Below are positions 26,164-40,110 of a stretch of 64,000 nt of DNA, in pieces (within the stretch, counting starts at the first letter, position 1; every line of letters starts with the position of its first letter). The notes beneath the pieces were generated by a model that searched no databases, was not told where the DNA came from, and worked only from the letters and a program-made list of their open reading frames with translations. Made by a program: the position numbers and the translations under genes. Source of the stretch: the human T2T-CHM13v2.0 reference genome, Homo sapiens; the NCBI RefSeq assembly GCF_009914755.1, contig NC_060941.1; one strand, 5' to 3'.

Positions 26164-27479
26164 GACTAATTTACTACTCAGATTGTATTGGCATCCATCT
26201 AGAAATGAACACATATTTGAGCACCTACAATGTGCCCACCACTGTATTAGGAGCGTTCGCATATTTCATTTTATTTTCACCAGAAAGCAGCAAAATGGGC
26301 CTCATTCTGCCCATTTTCCACCGAAGTTACCAATGCTCAGAGAAGCTACGTGACTCTCCTGAAGTCCTGCGACTTGAACTCTGACCTCTGGGTGTCAGTT
26401 TCAGTTGTCTACTTTTCCATTGCTTTTTGAACCTAGTTTTGGGATAGAAACAGTACCAGGGGAACCTGCAGAGGAGGAAGGAGCCCTTGGGAAAAGGTTT
26501 CTCCTAGGTGATCAGAGGTCTGCACGTGTCTGATGTTTATTGTGGAGATGCCAGAAATCCACTGAATTAGGAGACCCAGAGGGGCTGCACCTTGAGCCAC
26601 AGCTCCTGCCCAGTACGTGGCTCTCTAGGGCCACAAAGAGGACACCCAGAGCTCAGTCTGGGCAAGCTGCCTGTGGCTCGTGAGTGGCACCCCCATAGTT
26701 TGAGACCCCCACCCCAGCGGAATGAGCTGGGCTGTCTCTCCACCTCTCCTCCATTCCCTGCACTTTCTCCCACAGCCTGGAAAACAGGTGCTGCCCATTA
26801 ACAGGGGAACAGCGCCAATCAGGAGGAAACACTCCGCATTAAGCCCTTGACACATGCCACAATTTTGACAAATAAGACACAAAAGCAGGAGGTGCCAGGA
26901 GCCCCAGAGTTCAGGCCTAGCTGCTGGCATGAAAGAAGGAGGTCAGGAGTGGAGGCTTTGGCTGAGAGGAGCTGGGCACGGGGAAGGGGAGCTGGGAGGG
27001 GGCCCACCAGGTGCCACTCCTCACAGCCTTTCATCTGCCTGGGAGCCCGGAGATAGACGCTGCATGAGCCAGGCCTGAGCCAGCAGAACTGTTGGCCTGG
27101 AGAGAGGATGCAGAGCGCTGGCGAACCCCAACCTTACCGCCACTTCTTAACCTCACTGCAGGGTTCCAAGACTCTCCCCAGCCCAAATGCAAAGAGCCTC
27201 CAGGATGCTGATTTGCATGTGATTTGCATGCTGGATCTGAGGTCCCCGCGTCTCCTCCCTTCCCCTGTCTCCAGTTCCTTTCTCTGCAGGGTTGAGCTCC
27301 AGCAGGTTGACAACTAACCTGGGAGAAAGGAGTGGCTTCCTTTCCTATGCTGGGGACTTGTGACCCCCCATGTACAGTACAGCGAGGCTGAGGGAGCAGA
27401 GGGAAGAGGTGACAGGACCACAGCTCTACCGGGTGGCTCCTTCAGGGGATTTCAGTGCCTATGAGGAAGGATACTCAGC

Positions 27480-27738
27480 TGTCCCCTGGCGATCTGGTTA
27501 AAATGCAGATTCCAGCTCCTCAGGTCTGGAGTAAGACCCAGATCCAGCATTTCTAACAAGATCCCAAATGATGCTGCCTCCCAGGCTACACTTGAGTAGC
27601 AAGGGTGTAGGGCTGTGGGCATGTGGGAATCCCCTGGGGGCCTTCCACACTGACACTGGGTTCCACCCCAGAGATTCCGATATAATGGTCCAGGCTTGGG
27701 CACCAGGAGATTCTAACATGCGACTTGAGCTCCACTGT
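27480..27738. mobile_element. MER5-family fragments
   Basis: gttaaaatgcagattcc and catttctaacaag motifs. Confidence 0.6.
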
Positions 27739-30700
27739 GGGACACCTGTACCCGTGTGTAGAACAAAGTGATTGTAATGACGCTGACCTCCTGTGAGGAG
27801 AAGAAGAGATGGAAAACTCATTAGAGGATAAACACCGGCCGTTCATTCAGCCGTTAGAGAACTAGACCACCAAAGGAGATGCCGCTTGCTCCTCGCACTC
27901 CACACACGCTCCAGGTCATTTACCAGAGAGCAGGAACAGGCCACTGGACTGTCAGTTCCAGGAGGAAGGGTCAACGATGGCTTTGTTCATGGATACACCT
28001 AGTGCCCAGCATCTGCAACATGGTAGGGGTGGGACGGGGGGATGATGGACAGGGGGCACCGCAGGAACGGATGCTGGCCAGTGATGGGGAGAGCACTGCA
28101 TCCTCATCTCCAGCCTGCCATACTTCCCATCAGGAGGGGATCTTTTCTGTGACTCCAGAATGGATTTGGGAGGACTTATTCCTTGTGAAAAACATTGTCA
28201 CACCCTCGTTAATCAAGCTTTCTTCCTTGGCAGAGAGGATGGAGAGGAAGAGGAAACTTTCATTCCACAGAAGGGCATCTGCCAATTTCCCACTTGGGGA
28301 CGAGATTGAAATAGCTTTTTCAGATCCTCCAGTTAAGCTGACACATGTGGACCCTTCAATCCTCCACTGGGTTCCCTCCCAGGAGCAGTTATCTCGGCTC
28401 CAGCAGAACGGCTCTATCTCACCGCAGCCTGCCAGCTGTCTCGCTTCACAACAGAGAGAAGCTGGGGCCCCAAAGACAGTTCTGGTGCAAATAGCGTCGG
28501 AGAAGCAGACGCTGGAGCACTGGCGAGGGGAGGGAAGGGCGGCCAGGTCAGCTGGGCCACCCTTCATTCACATGGTCAGCCAGTGCCTAGGAGCTGTGAG
28601 GTCTTGGGGGGGGCCACGTGGAGCTGCAGCCGGATAACAGGGCCAGGGCTGAGAGTGATCTGAAGATGACAGAGCTAAAAAAGCATCACTTTAAGGTGAG
28701 GAAGGTAAATGCCACTTCTGGGCCGGCACCGTTCCCCAGGCTGGGAATGAGATAATGAATTATTACCCAAGGAAATGAAACCGCTAATAAAATCAAAAGC
28801 AAAGCTAGGGGAGGTTAAACTCCATTTTTAAAAAGGCGCTGGTGATTTATAGAGTGCCCTCTCTCCTTGCCTCCTAGGGCGCCAGCGGCTCCCCCTGTCC
28901 CTCCCCCTCTTCCCCACCTGCTGGCCCCTGACCCTCTGGACATACAGATCCTGGCCTCTCTGCCAGCTCTCCCCAGCCTCTGGCTGTTCTTTTTTCTCCA
29001 TCCCCCTAGTGAGCCACTCCCACCCTCAATGGGAATTTAAAGGCTTGATTTGTGCTGAAATTTGGGCCAATTGATTTCAGGAGCTCAGTCCCCAAGGAAT
29101 GGCTACCAGGAAATCCGTTTTCCTTAGGAATCCATTCCGACCTTTGAGCCAGCAAATTACAAGTAGAACCAGCCCCCGAATGGCAATCAGGTTTTGGAGG
29201 CTGGCGCTGGGCGGGTGTGGTTCATGCAGTGAGTGACTAATTGATAGGGCCTTCGAGCGGGAACCTGGCCCTCTCCTGATTCAGGGAAGCTCACTGGCTA
29301 CATTTTCCTTCTCGCTGTGTCTGCTCTAATCCCTAGCAAGCTCCATTCCTGAAACCCTGGCCCCCTCGGTCTTGGCTCCCCTCCTTCCCTGCCTGAAGCC
29401 ATCAAGCCCCTGCTGTCTGACCTCACTGCCCGTTTCCGTGGCGACGGCCCTGTGATGTCACTGGTGGTGGCCTGTGAGCCTTCAGGTGGGTAGGATGACA
29501 GCAGCAGGTGCCCAGGAGGAGGGGAGGAACAAAGATCTTGTTTTTGTGCCATCATCCCTGATACATAATGAAAACCCAGGGTAGGGGTGGGGTGGGAATG
29601 GAGTGGGGAGATCTGACTCTGCAGCCATCCCTCACCACTCCTGCTTGGACATCGCCAGGCTCAGCTAGAGAAGGCAGAAAAAGTTCCTCCAACTCCTTCC
29701 CCAGGCACCTATGCAGGCTCCACACTCCTGCCTGAACAGCTATGATTTTAAAAGCCATCGAGTCATGAAGAGAAGTGTGCCAGTGTGTGCTGGACTCAGT
29801 TTCCCCTGTGCACCATTTTCCCCAGTCAGCCCTGCACCTTCCAAGAACTATGACCCGAAGGCACACCCTAGTCAGCTCAGGCCCCACATTCCTGCAAAAA
29901 TAAGGCTCCAGGGCTCCCTCATCGCAGCATGGGTTCTGCAGGAAGCCCCAGTGCCAAGTGGCTTTCAAAACTAGCCTCAGCTAGCAACGTGGCGGCTATT
30001 TCAGCGACCGACAAAAGCAGCTCCCCCAGCCTCCCTTGGTGTTTGTGGTCCCTTTTGTTCCAGCCAGGCACCATGAGGAAAATGCAGCAACCGTTTGGAA
30101 ACAAAGGCTCGGGCAGGCTCTCTCCAGTCTGAAAAGCCCACTTTCACTTGAGTTTCAGGTAATTTGCTGTGCAGCCTGAATTCGTTAGACAAATTAGGCT
30201 CACTTGGACTTCAGGTGGCTCAATTACCTGGGTGATTTGCATGTTTATGAGTGAAGGGGACTGCACAGTAGCAGAAAGCAAATTTGAAATCCTGACTTTG
30301 GGGGCCCTGGAGCCCCTTTGCTGCACCTTTACTTTCCCTACCAGAAAGGAGGAAGGACAGAGTAGCTCCCCAGCAAGCAGATCAGCGGATGTCACATAAC
30401 CACAGGGCAGTCATCAGGGAGCACGACCCCTCCCCAGGGCCACGCAGGCCTTAGTTTCTCCTTCTGGATCTGCCAGCAAAACAAAGGTAACTGCCTAAGA
30501 ACAGCTTCCAAAGATGGAAGAAGAAAGTGAGAAAATCTATATTATTGATCGTTCATACCTAAGGAAAAGAGGCAAGAGGATTCCCATAGCCCAGCTGGGA
30601 GGTGAAGAGTTAATCCTATAATCTAGTCTGCCAGGGAGCAAGGCAAGGACTGGAGCTATTTTCAACCCGAAGTGTGCATGCAGAATGCTTGATGCCTGGG

Positions 30701-31029
30701 GGGAGGAGCTGGAAAGCCTGAGACCATTTGAAAGCATTAATTGAGTACCCAGGGTATATAGACCCTATTCTCAGGCCATGCTGGAATTCCAAAGGACAAG
30801 GGGGCTGTCTCCTGTCTTCTATTAGAGCATGGACCACCTTCCCCCACTTTCAATTTCTTCTCTGTGCCCACTCCCCCTCCCCAGGCCACAGCTCCTTCCT
30901 GGGCTCCGTGAAGTACCTACAGATGCCTGATGACCTTTTTAGAGTTGGCCCAATTACTCAACTGAAACAGCTTAAGCATTGCAAATTCACACACGCAGAC
31001 TCTGCTAGTTGTCTGAGTAAGAGCTAGAG

Positions 31030-31193
31030 CGCTGGGCCCTGGCTGTATATTGGACTCACCTGGAGAATGTTTTAAATGATTGGAACCTGAGTCCCACCCC
31101 CAGAGAGTATGATTTAATTGGTATTGGATGCAGTGGCATTTTTTAAAAGCTCCTCTGGTGATTTAAACATGCCACAAAGCCTGAGAGCCCCTG
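31030..31193. mobile_element. MER5-family fragment
   Basis: ccctggctgtatattggactcacctggaga ... ttttaaaagctcctctggtgatt. Confidence 0.65.
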
Positions 31194-31454
31194 AGCTGGA
31201 GGATTTGGGATTTTTGAATTGTTTAATGATGAGTCGTTGGGCTGAAATTGATCAAGTGTGATGGGATCAAGACAGGCTTAGATTCTATGCACCTGGTGGG
31301 CTGCTATCTTGAAACAAAATAGTGATGTAAGGTTTTCATATGAGTGTGATTGTAATGGATCTACATAAGAGTTGGTATGAGTATAGATTTGCCTGGAGTA
31401 AAGTCTTCACTAAACTGGCATTAGTTGAGGGAAGAGGTGGCAGGAAGAAGTAAT

Positions 31455-31630
31455 CGATATTTCTTGAGTATCTGTTGCGTGCCAGGAACTGTGCTTGGAA
31501 GACTATACTGATATTTCATTTATTGTTTCCAACCACATGGCAAATGGGCATTACTCCTACTTTACAGATGAGGAAACTGAGACTCAGAAAGGATAAGTGT
31601 AATTTTGCCTGAGATTATACAGCTATTGAG
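31455..31630 (-). mobile_element. MIR (adjoins LTR40)
   Basis: actttacagatgaggaaactgagactcagaaagg. Confidence 0.8.
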
Positions 31631-32091
31631 TTTTGGGAGACAATTTTCTGAGGGCCCCTCACATTTCTGTGTGTCTTGCAAAGAGAGACACTGACTGCCT
31701 TTGTCTGAACTATCCTTATAAGGATGCTTGCCTGGTGAACAGCTTTGGAAAATCCAATATCTTCCTCTGGAGCAAAGGGTAGGCATGCTTACTGTCCATT
31801 ATAAAAGATTCCTATTCCTTAAGCTCAGGATTCCTCTTTTGGAACACAGTCCACTCTGTGTGAGCAGGTATCACCTAGGGCCCTCTTTGTGCTGCCTTAT
31901 GGAGACCATGGCTTGGAGAATTGGCACAAAACCCTAATACTCTGGCTGCTACTATTGTGTAATAAACTGTCCTTTGTCTCTGATCCATGAGTCTCATGTC
32001 TTCCACCAGCATCCATGAAACCGTAGCAGGCCAGACTAACTTGTTAACTTGCAAATGGGGCAAGGTTTCAGACCCCACACAGTTCTTGACA
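31631..32091 (+). mobile_element. LTR40-family (ERVL) solo LTR
   Basis: ttgggagacaatt start, cactgactgcctttgt, tataaaa, aataaa and cagttcttgaca end. Confidence 0.85.
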
Positions 32092-32839
32092 ATGTAATCT
32101 AAATCTGTTTTCCTCTAAAACCTGTGCATTTAAGAGATGGGTAAGCAAGAGGAGATATTAAAACACAACAAAACACTCTCCATCAATGACCACTTTCTCT
32201 CTAGATATAAAATAACAGAAATTAGTTCCCTTTCTCCTTTCTATGAGATACATAAACAGATTCATTCTGTATCAAGAGTTAAAAGAAGTACAACACTTGG
32301 GCACCATGAGGTGCCCTCTGGGTTCCAGGTTCCATGTGATTTTCAGTTCTGAGCTAGTTCCTGTTTTCCCTCAAGGATGTTTCACTGGATCCCATCAACT
32401 GGCTCTCGGCCTTGATAAGAAAATCTGGGTCTAGCCTCGCCTCAACACCCATACCCCACTCACTCTGTGGCTGTTAGAAGCCTATTACCCCCTTGACCTA
32501 CTTATCTTTCAAATAGAAATGATCTTTCTTCGGGTGCTAATGCTACCGGCCTGCGTGACCCTTCATTTGTGACCATTCCTCTTTGAGACCAGAATTTTCA
32601 AAAGACTGATTATAATCACAGTCTCATTCTCAATATTTGCAAAAGGCCTTTCCTAACACAATTCTTTAAAACCAGCTAAGTTACCAGGTAAGTCAATTTC
32701 GAAAGGATGGCTTCGTTTCAGTGCTAATTAGCTTCTCTTCTGATGGATGAGAAGTTTACATGCAATGATTTCTAGTAGCAGGTTCGTATAATTTTTCACC
32801 GCTAATTATTAAAAATTATTAATCATAATACTCTTCAGG

Positions 32840-33020
32840 TGCCAGAAACTTTTAAAGGTGCTTTATAAAGTATCCTAAATCTACTCTACAACCCTAAAAG
32901 TGAAATATTTTCACTCAAAGAAGCTGAGATTTCAAGGTTGAATATCTTGCATGCACAGCTAGTAAGTGGCAGAGCTGGAACCCAAGGTCACATCTGTCCA
33001 GCCCCCAAAGCCAGACTTTT
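32840..33020 (-). mobile_element. MIR
   Basis: gcacagctagtaagtggcagagctggaacccaagg. Confidence 0.65.
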
Positions 33021-33039
33021 CTAATAACCAACTGTCCCC

Positions 33040-33245
33040 TTTTTAAAACAGCTTTATTGAGATATAATACACATACTCTACAATTCGCCCATTTAAAACG
33101 TACGATTCAATGGGTTTAGTAAGTCCTCAGATATGTGCAACCATCGCCACAGTCAATTTTAGAACATTTTCCTCACGCTCAAAAGAAACCCTGTAGACTT
33201 TAGTTATCACCCTCCATCACTCCTCCTCCCCAGCCCCAACCAACT
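33040..33245 (-). mobile_element. L1MB-type 3' end
   Basis: aacagctttattgagatataatacacatac ... cagtcaattttagaacattttc; aaccaactg on both flanks. Confidence 0.85.
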
Positions 33246-33747
33246 GCCTTTTATAAAGTCTCTTTCTAAAAAAGCCAACGCGTTTTCTTCTCTCTGCATT
33301 AAATGTTGCAGTATATTCGTATTCATTTATAAATGGGTTGCCTTTCCAGGTTACTGAGAGGTTAAGAATTGCCAAAAAAGACCTGTGCCTTCCCTCTGAT
33401 ATTCCCTGGGTTTAGTTCTTCTCTCCTCCTTCTGCCAAGAGACCACTGAGAAGTGCCTCCGAAGAGCTAAGGGCTGCCCCAGGTGGTTATGTGGGAGGTG
33501 AGTTTGGGTGTGAGTTGATGATGAAAGGGTTGGGGATCCCAGAAAACTTCTTCCAGCCTGGACTCAAGCCTTGTATCTCATGAACAGGGAAGAGACCATC
33601 TCCTTTCAGACACAGCTAGCCCTCCCAGAGAAGCCCCTCATTCTTCCTTCTATAGAGGCACCTTGGGGAAATTTGACTTTGCCCGAGGAAGGCTTTGCCA
33701 GAGTGGCCTTGGGGTCAGTCAGACTTGGCAAAGAGTTTGGCGTGCAG

Positions 33748-34246
33748 ATGTTTTCACTTGGTTTCCCCCAGAAGCTGACCCTGAAGGACATGAGTGCTTG
33801 GAGTTTGGGTTGGGAGGTATAGGGATCACTGGTGGGGTGGGGTGGGGAGGGCACTGGGAAGGGACACAAGAAGGGGAAGGTGGCCACTGAAGGGCGGGCT
33901 CCTGAACCCACTGCCCCAGCAGGAAACCAGCTCTTACTCTCCGAGTCAACTCTAGGAAACTCTGTAAAACACCCAGCTCAGAGTTACCCCTCCCCCTGTC
34001 CAGGGATACAGACACTGGGTGTGGAAAACACCAACTCCCAGCAGGCTCTGGTAGAGGCTCCTCCAAGGGGTGCAAATTCCTTCGCTGTCCTGGCAAGCTA
34101 CGCACATGTGGGCAGAGCAGCCTCTGCAGTTTTGGATAAAGTTCTCAGGCAGAGAAATAGACACTGGTAGTGGGAGGTTGGCTGAGAGCACAAAATGGTC
34201 AGGCCTGGGGGATATGGCAGGGGGAATGACCAGAGCATCTGCGACA
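33748..34246 (-). mobile_element. LTR33-like (ERVL) solo LTR
   Basis: cccccagaagctgaccctga ... ctcagagttaccc ... caccaactccc ... gggggatatggc ... gcatctgcgaca. Confidence 0.7.
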
Positions 34247-34297
34247 GCCTGGCCCCCATCTGAACCCCTGCATGTGCAGGTGCACCCACACCCCCTC

Positions 34298-34330
<33 letters not shown>

Positions 34331-34337
34331 ACACACA
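34298..34337. repeat. (CA)n microsatellite
   Basis: Seen directly. Confidence 0.95.
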
Positions 34338-35916
34338 GTGGGATAGGAATATGGCTGCAGTACAGCACCTTCCTCCACCCCTGGGCTCCCCTCTTGCTCC
34401 CTGTCCATGGTCAGGGTGCTCCTTTGCATGGTAATGAAGTTCATTAAATGAGGTTTATTAGGAACCAGCTAGTAAAGGTCTATGTCTTTTCCGCCGAAGC
34501 TGGAGAATTTCCCAAAAAGCTTCGTGAAGAGCTTGAAACCCCAGAAGAGATCCCTTGGGGATGGGAGTTGCTCCAGGACAGAAGAAGCAGTAAGCTCCAC
34601 CCACCCGTCTGGGGACACACAGGAGGCGTTGGATGTACAAAGCTTGTTAGAGAGCTGGCTTTCTTTTGAGCTGCAGCCTGACCAGCCTCCCCTGCACAGG
34701 CCCTAGAGGCTCAGCAGCTGGAGGGCAGCCTGGAAGTGCTGTCTATGCCCAAGGGTCTGAGCTGGGAAGGCCGATCACCTTCCTTGGTTCAACCTCTGAA
34801 AGCTGAGAGCACCTGGGGCTCCTCTCTTTCAGGAATGGAATGGAACTCTGCAGTTTTGGGCAGCCCAAGGCCATGTCTACTTCATTGCTAGTTGGCAGAA
34901 TATCCATTCATTCATTTCTTCACTCATTCATTCATCTATTATTCACTAACTTATTCATTTATTCATGATCTATGGATCAGGGATTACAGCAGTCATGAAA
35001 CACAATAATTGGAATATGTAAACCCTTCACCTTGCTTCAGAGGCTTAAGAGCACACATGAATCTAAGGTAGTCTAGAATCCCTGGCGCACCTCCTCAGCA
35101 GCCCCAGCCTCTGGCTCCAGCTCTGTGCACGTGTAGGATCATGTCTTGGCTATGCCAGTGGGCTGTAAACACCATTAGGAGAGGACACAGGTCCTGTTCA
35201 CCACCACATCCTCATAACCTAGCATTGTCCTTGGCACATAGGAGGTAATAAATACCCGTGAATGAATGGATGGATATGTGCCTTTGAGTAAAAGGCTAAT
35301 TCTTGTACATATTTTTAATGCATTCCTATATGTGTTTGGGTATCAGTACACATTTATGTATATGTCATAGTTTTTGTATGGTTATATAAGTGTGTGCATC
35401 TGTGTGTCATGTATGTATGTGAGAGAGAGTTCTTAATAGACATGGGCTTTCTTTCACAATATTTCAAGAGAATGAACATTTTTGCTTCCTGGTATCTGAC
35501 TTTGTAAGTCCAATCTGCATTTTCCACACATGTACAGCTCTCCAGACTTTCAAATATTTATATTCCTATATTTAAAATCTGTGAAATGTCTCTCTCTCAC
35601 CACTTATGCCCTTGTATGCTCTCTCCTCTCTCTTCTCTTTCTCTGTCTGCCCTCAGCCCTCCCCTCCACCTCATTTCCTCTTTGTCCCCAGATATAGACA
35701 TACATATGGGTGAATACTCCCAAACTAAGCCACACTTTTCACTTCCGAGTTGGAGATATGGAGGGATACACAGGAGCCATCAACCCGGCCTATGACAAAT
35801 CCCTAATGATAAGCCCAGCCAGGGAGGGGAGCAGCAGCTTTGGGGCCTGTGCCCCAAACCTCTGTGCCCCTTGAAGAGAGGACCTGCCCCGGGAGAAGTT
35901 TCCTCAGGCTGCAGCA

Positions 35917-36488
<572 letters not shown>

Positions 36489-36839
36489 TCCCTCTGTGCT
36501 TCTGCGATTCCCTCTACCCCAAACGCTTCCACTCTCCGTGTCTACCTGCTCATCTTTCGTGATTCAGCTTAAACATCTTTTCCTTCGAGGTCCCAGACTG
36601 AGACAGAGTCCCAAATTCTAAGCTCTGAGAGAAGCCTGCACCAACTTCTATGGCTATGGAGGAAGTTTCTCTATGGATGACCTATCTAGGTGTTGGGCTG
36701 TCCTGCTGAGTGTATAGAAAGTGCAAACTGCTGTATTGATCTTTGTCACCAGAGCCCTTGCACATAGTTGGGCTGAAATGAACTTAGGGACCAAAAAGGG
36801 TGGGCCAAGGGTATAGCTGATGATGGTGAGAAGATAGGC

Positions 36840-37030
36840 AATGTGTTGATAAGGCACACTGATAAGTGATTTACAATATTCTCATGTTTCTCATAACATC
36901 TGTGAAGATGGGATTATCCGCATTGTACACATGGCAAAACTGAGGCTCAGAGAGCCCTGCAATGCATGACGGAGCTGAGAGTCAACCCAAGTGTGTCCAA
37001 TTCCAAAGCCAGGGCTCTTGGTCACAGTGC
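36840..37030 (-). mobile_element. MIR
   Basis: ggcaaaactgaggctcagaga ... ggagctgagagtcaacccaag ... tccaaagcc. Confidence 0.6.
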
Positions 37031-37654
37031 TGTATGTGTGAAACCATAGCATATGCATATATTATTAATAAAAGAACAAGCAAGTTAGAAAACAAATTTT
37101 CCATCCATTAGGTGAGTCAAGGCTTGAGGATCTGGAGACTAAGCAACTCTCAAGAGAAAGTTCTGCTGGGACCCCTCCCTTGGTCTTCCCTTTCTGCCCC
37201 CTCTGATGCCCCCTTCATCCATCCCTGCCTGCCTTCTGGTCTGTCCCTGCAGCGTGAGTGCCAGACAGAGGCCTGTTCTGATGTCCTGACATGCTACAAT
37301 TATGCAGATTTACACAGCAAGCATAAGACCTTCTCCGCATGTATGGCTTCCCCATTCCCAAGCAGACCATGAACTTCCTAAGGAAAGTGACCGAATTCCG
37401 CACTTCTCAACCCTCGCGGAGGGGCAGGGAGATGGTAAGTGACTTTGGTTAGGTGCTACCACCTGTCAGGCCCGATGGGGGGGGTCCTTCCATGAGTTTT
37501 TTTTAAGAATTTGGGCTCTTTGAGGTGTGTTATCCCCATTTTACACAGGAGAGCAGCCCCGAGGCTCACAGAAATTAGTTTCCTTGTCCAAGATCACCCA
37601 AGTCATACGATTAACCTTAGAAAAGCTTTCTGCCTTTCTTGGGATGAATATTTT

Positions 37655-37928
37655 GAGCTAGGAAGGAAGTAACCGTTTCCTGTCTTTGTAATCTGAGAGG
37701 AACTAATTGGCGTTTTCCCAGGGCTTCAGACAGAGGCACAGGTGGGTTTCTGGAGGCTGGGGGTCTTATTTCTGAAAAGTTATAATGTCTTTACATGCAA
37801 ACCAGGAGGCCAAGGCATCCCTCACTGAGGTTTTTCCTGGTTGAGACACAAAAACCTGTGGACCTCTGCATCCTGACCCTGTATCTGAGCCATGACTCAC
37901 TGGCCAGGGAAGATCTACTGAGACCAGT
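37655..37928 (+). repeat. Old diverged local duplication, copy 2
   Basis: Collinear with 35917-36167, with indels. Confidence 0.85.
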
Positions 37929-38491
37929 ACCAATAATGGAGCCCAATTGATTAGAACCTTGAGAAGCCCTAAGTGGAGTGAGAAACATTTGACTTCCAAT
38001 GGGAAATCCAGATGCTTAGGGTATCATTCAAAATACCATGGTGGGCTCCTCAAAGGCATGACCTCAGCTCTTGTTTCCTAGCAGGGGATCAGTGACTGAG
38101 CAAGGCCAATAATGTCAATTCCACATTTGGGCTCTTATGGAGCTGGCCATTCCAGAGTCAGGTGTAGCAAAACAAAACCACACCCCTGAAAATGCAGTAT
38201 TCTGAAGAATGGGAAATGGAAGGGGCAGTGAGGAGGAAGCCACCAGGACACCCGCAGCCCTGGGTTCGAGCTCCACCTTGCTCTCTGCCCTTCTTTACCC
38301 CGCACTGGGCCCTGGGGGTTGACCTGAATGGACCACAGCCTCTAGGGGAAGGTCCTTCCTTGCCTCCTCCAGCTTCTGGTGGCCCTGGGTGATCCTTGCC
38401 TTGTAGCTCCCTTTTCCCTGGAGCAGCTCCCAGGACTGCTGGCAGGTTCCTGGGGGCTTTGTGGAACAATATAAGAATCCCTGGTAGAGAT

Positions 38492-38657
38492 CAGTGTTTC
38501 TCAGCATTAGCTATGGATCAGAAATGGCTGCAGAGCTTTGGAAAAATACAGAGGCTGAAATCTCACCTGTACCCTGCGGCACAAACCACAAGGGAAAGGC
38601 CCCAGTGTCTGCTGGATTCCAGGTGACTCTGATGTCAGGCAGGGTTGAGAAACACTG
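38492..38657. mobile_element. MER5-family MITE
   Basis: Inverted termini tcagtgtttctca ... tgagaaacactga. Confidence 0.7.
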
Positions 38658-39068
38658 ACCCAAACATTCTGGGCTTTATCCCTGGGTTATATCAGATCAT
38701 TTCCAGGCCTTGCAACACCTGTTCACTGTGTTTACTCTAGAAACGATGCAGTTGGTGGTGTCTCCCACTATTTTAGTCTGTGTTCACCACACAGCTTTAT
38801 TTTCTTAGACAATGAGAATTTTTGTAAATGATCATGTTTGTCTTTTGTATTGACTGCTTGGACCCACAGGCTTAAATGTGCAGTTTAATTTTAGCAATGA
38901 CACAGGTCCTGTGGCTCCAACAGCTGCAGATAGCCTTTGCCTCTGATCTTAGTTTCCTCTATTTTCCTTGGTCTTAATTTTTTATTATACTTCACTGCTT
39001 CATGGAATTACACATCGGTACCAGGAATAGTTTAGGGAATAAAGTGGCATTTACATTTATAAAGAACA

Positions 39069-39452
<384 letters not shown>

Positions 39453-39939
39453 TTAAAGAGACCTCCTCTAGCTTTAGATTTCCTCATATGTGCCACCTCC
39501 TCCAGGAAGCCTTTCCTGATCATCTGAACCAGATGAATCACCTCATGATAAATGATCCTAACTCTTGTTCTCCATTAAAATGACTCGTTCAGCCCCAGTC
39601 TTCCTCACCAGACTGTGATTTTTGACATGAGCCAAAAGCATGCCTGTCTTTCTCCTGGGTGTAACCCCATTGCCCAGCACACGGCGTGCTGCAAGCATAA
39701 TCATCTGATAAATATTTATTGGACGAGCAAATGGAAATAGCCGCAAAACTCGACTGCTGGGTGAAATATACAAGAAATAAATATAAAGGCTGTGTGATAA
39801 GAAGGTGACTCACAGAGTGAGGAGAGAGAAGGAAAAAGAAAGGCAGGTGGGAGGGAAGAAAGGAGCAGCTGGTTGAAAAGAAGACAGAACGGGAGCTGGC
39901 AGCATCTGAGCAGCTATTTACCCAGATCCCAGTGAGAGT

Positions 39940-40110
39940 CTCTACAGACTGTGTCCCATTTTATCTTCACAACACTCTCGGAAGGCGAGCCGGCTACCCC
40001 CACTTTACAGATGAGGAGACTGAAGCTTGAGGCGTCTAAGCTGCCTGAAATTCATAAAGCCCAGGAGTAACTGAGTCAGATCTGAATCTGAGGGTCTGTG
40101 GCTTCAAAGC
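39940..40110 (-). mobile_element. MIR
   Basis: ccccactttacagatgaggagactgaagctt. Confidence 0.7.

Noticed and set aside
27879-28637. 252-aa ORF in unique sequence
   Set aside because: No recognisable domain, coding-like composition or exon structure; plausible by chance in GC-rich DNA
38690-39060. AT-rich, 3'-UTR-like stretch ending in AATAAA as a processed pseudogene
   Set aside because: No own poly(A) tail, TSD or recognisable parent; the adjacent tail and TSD belong to the Alu
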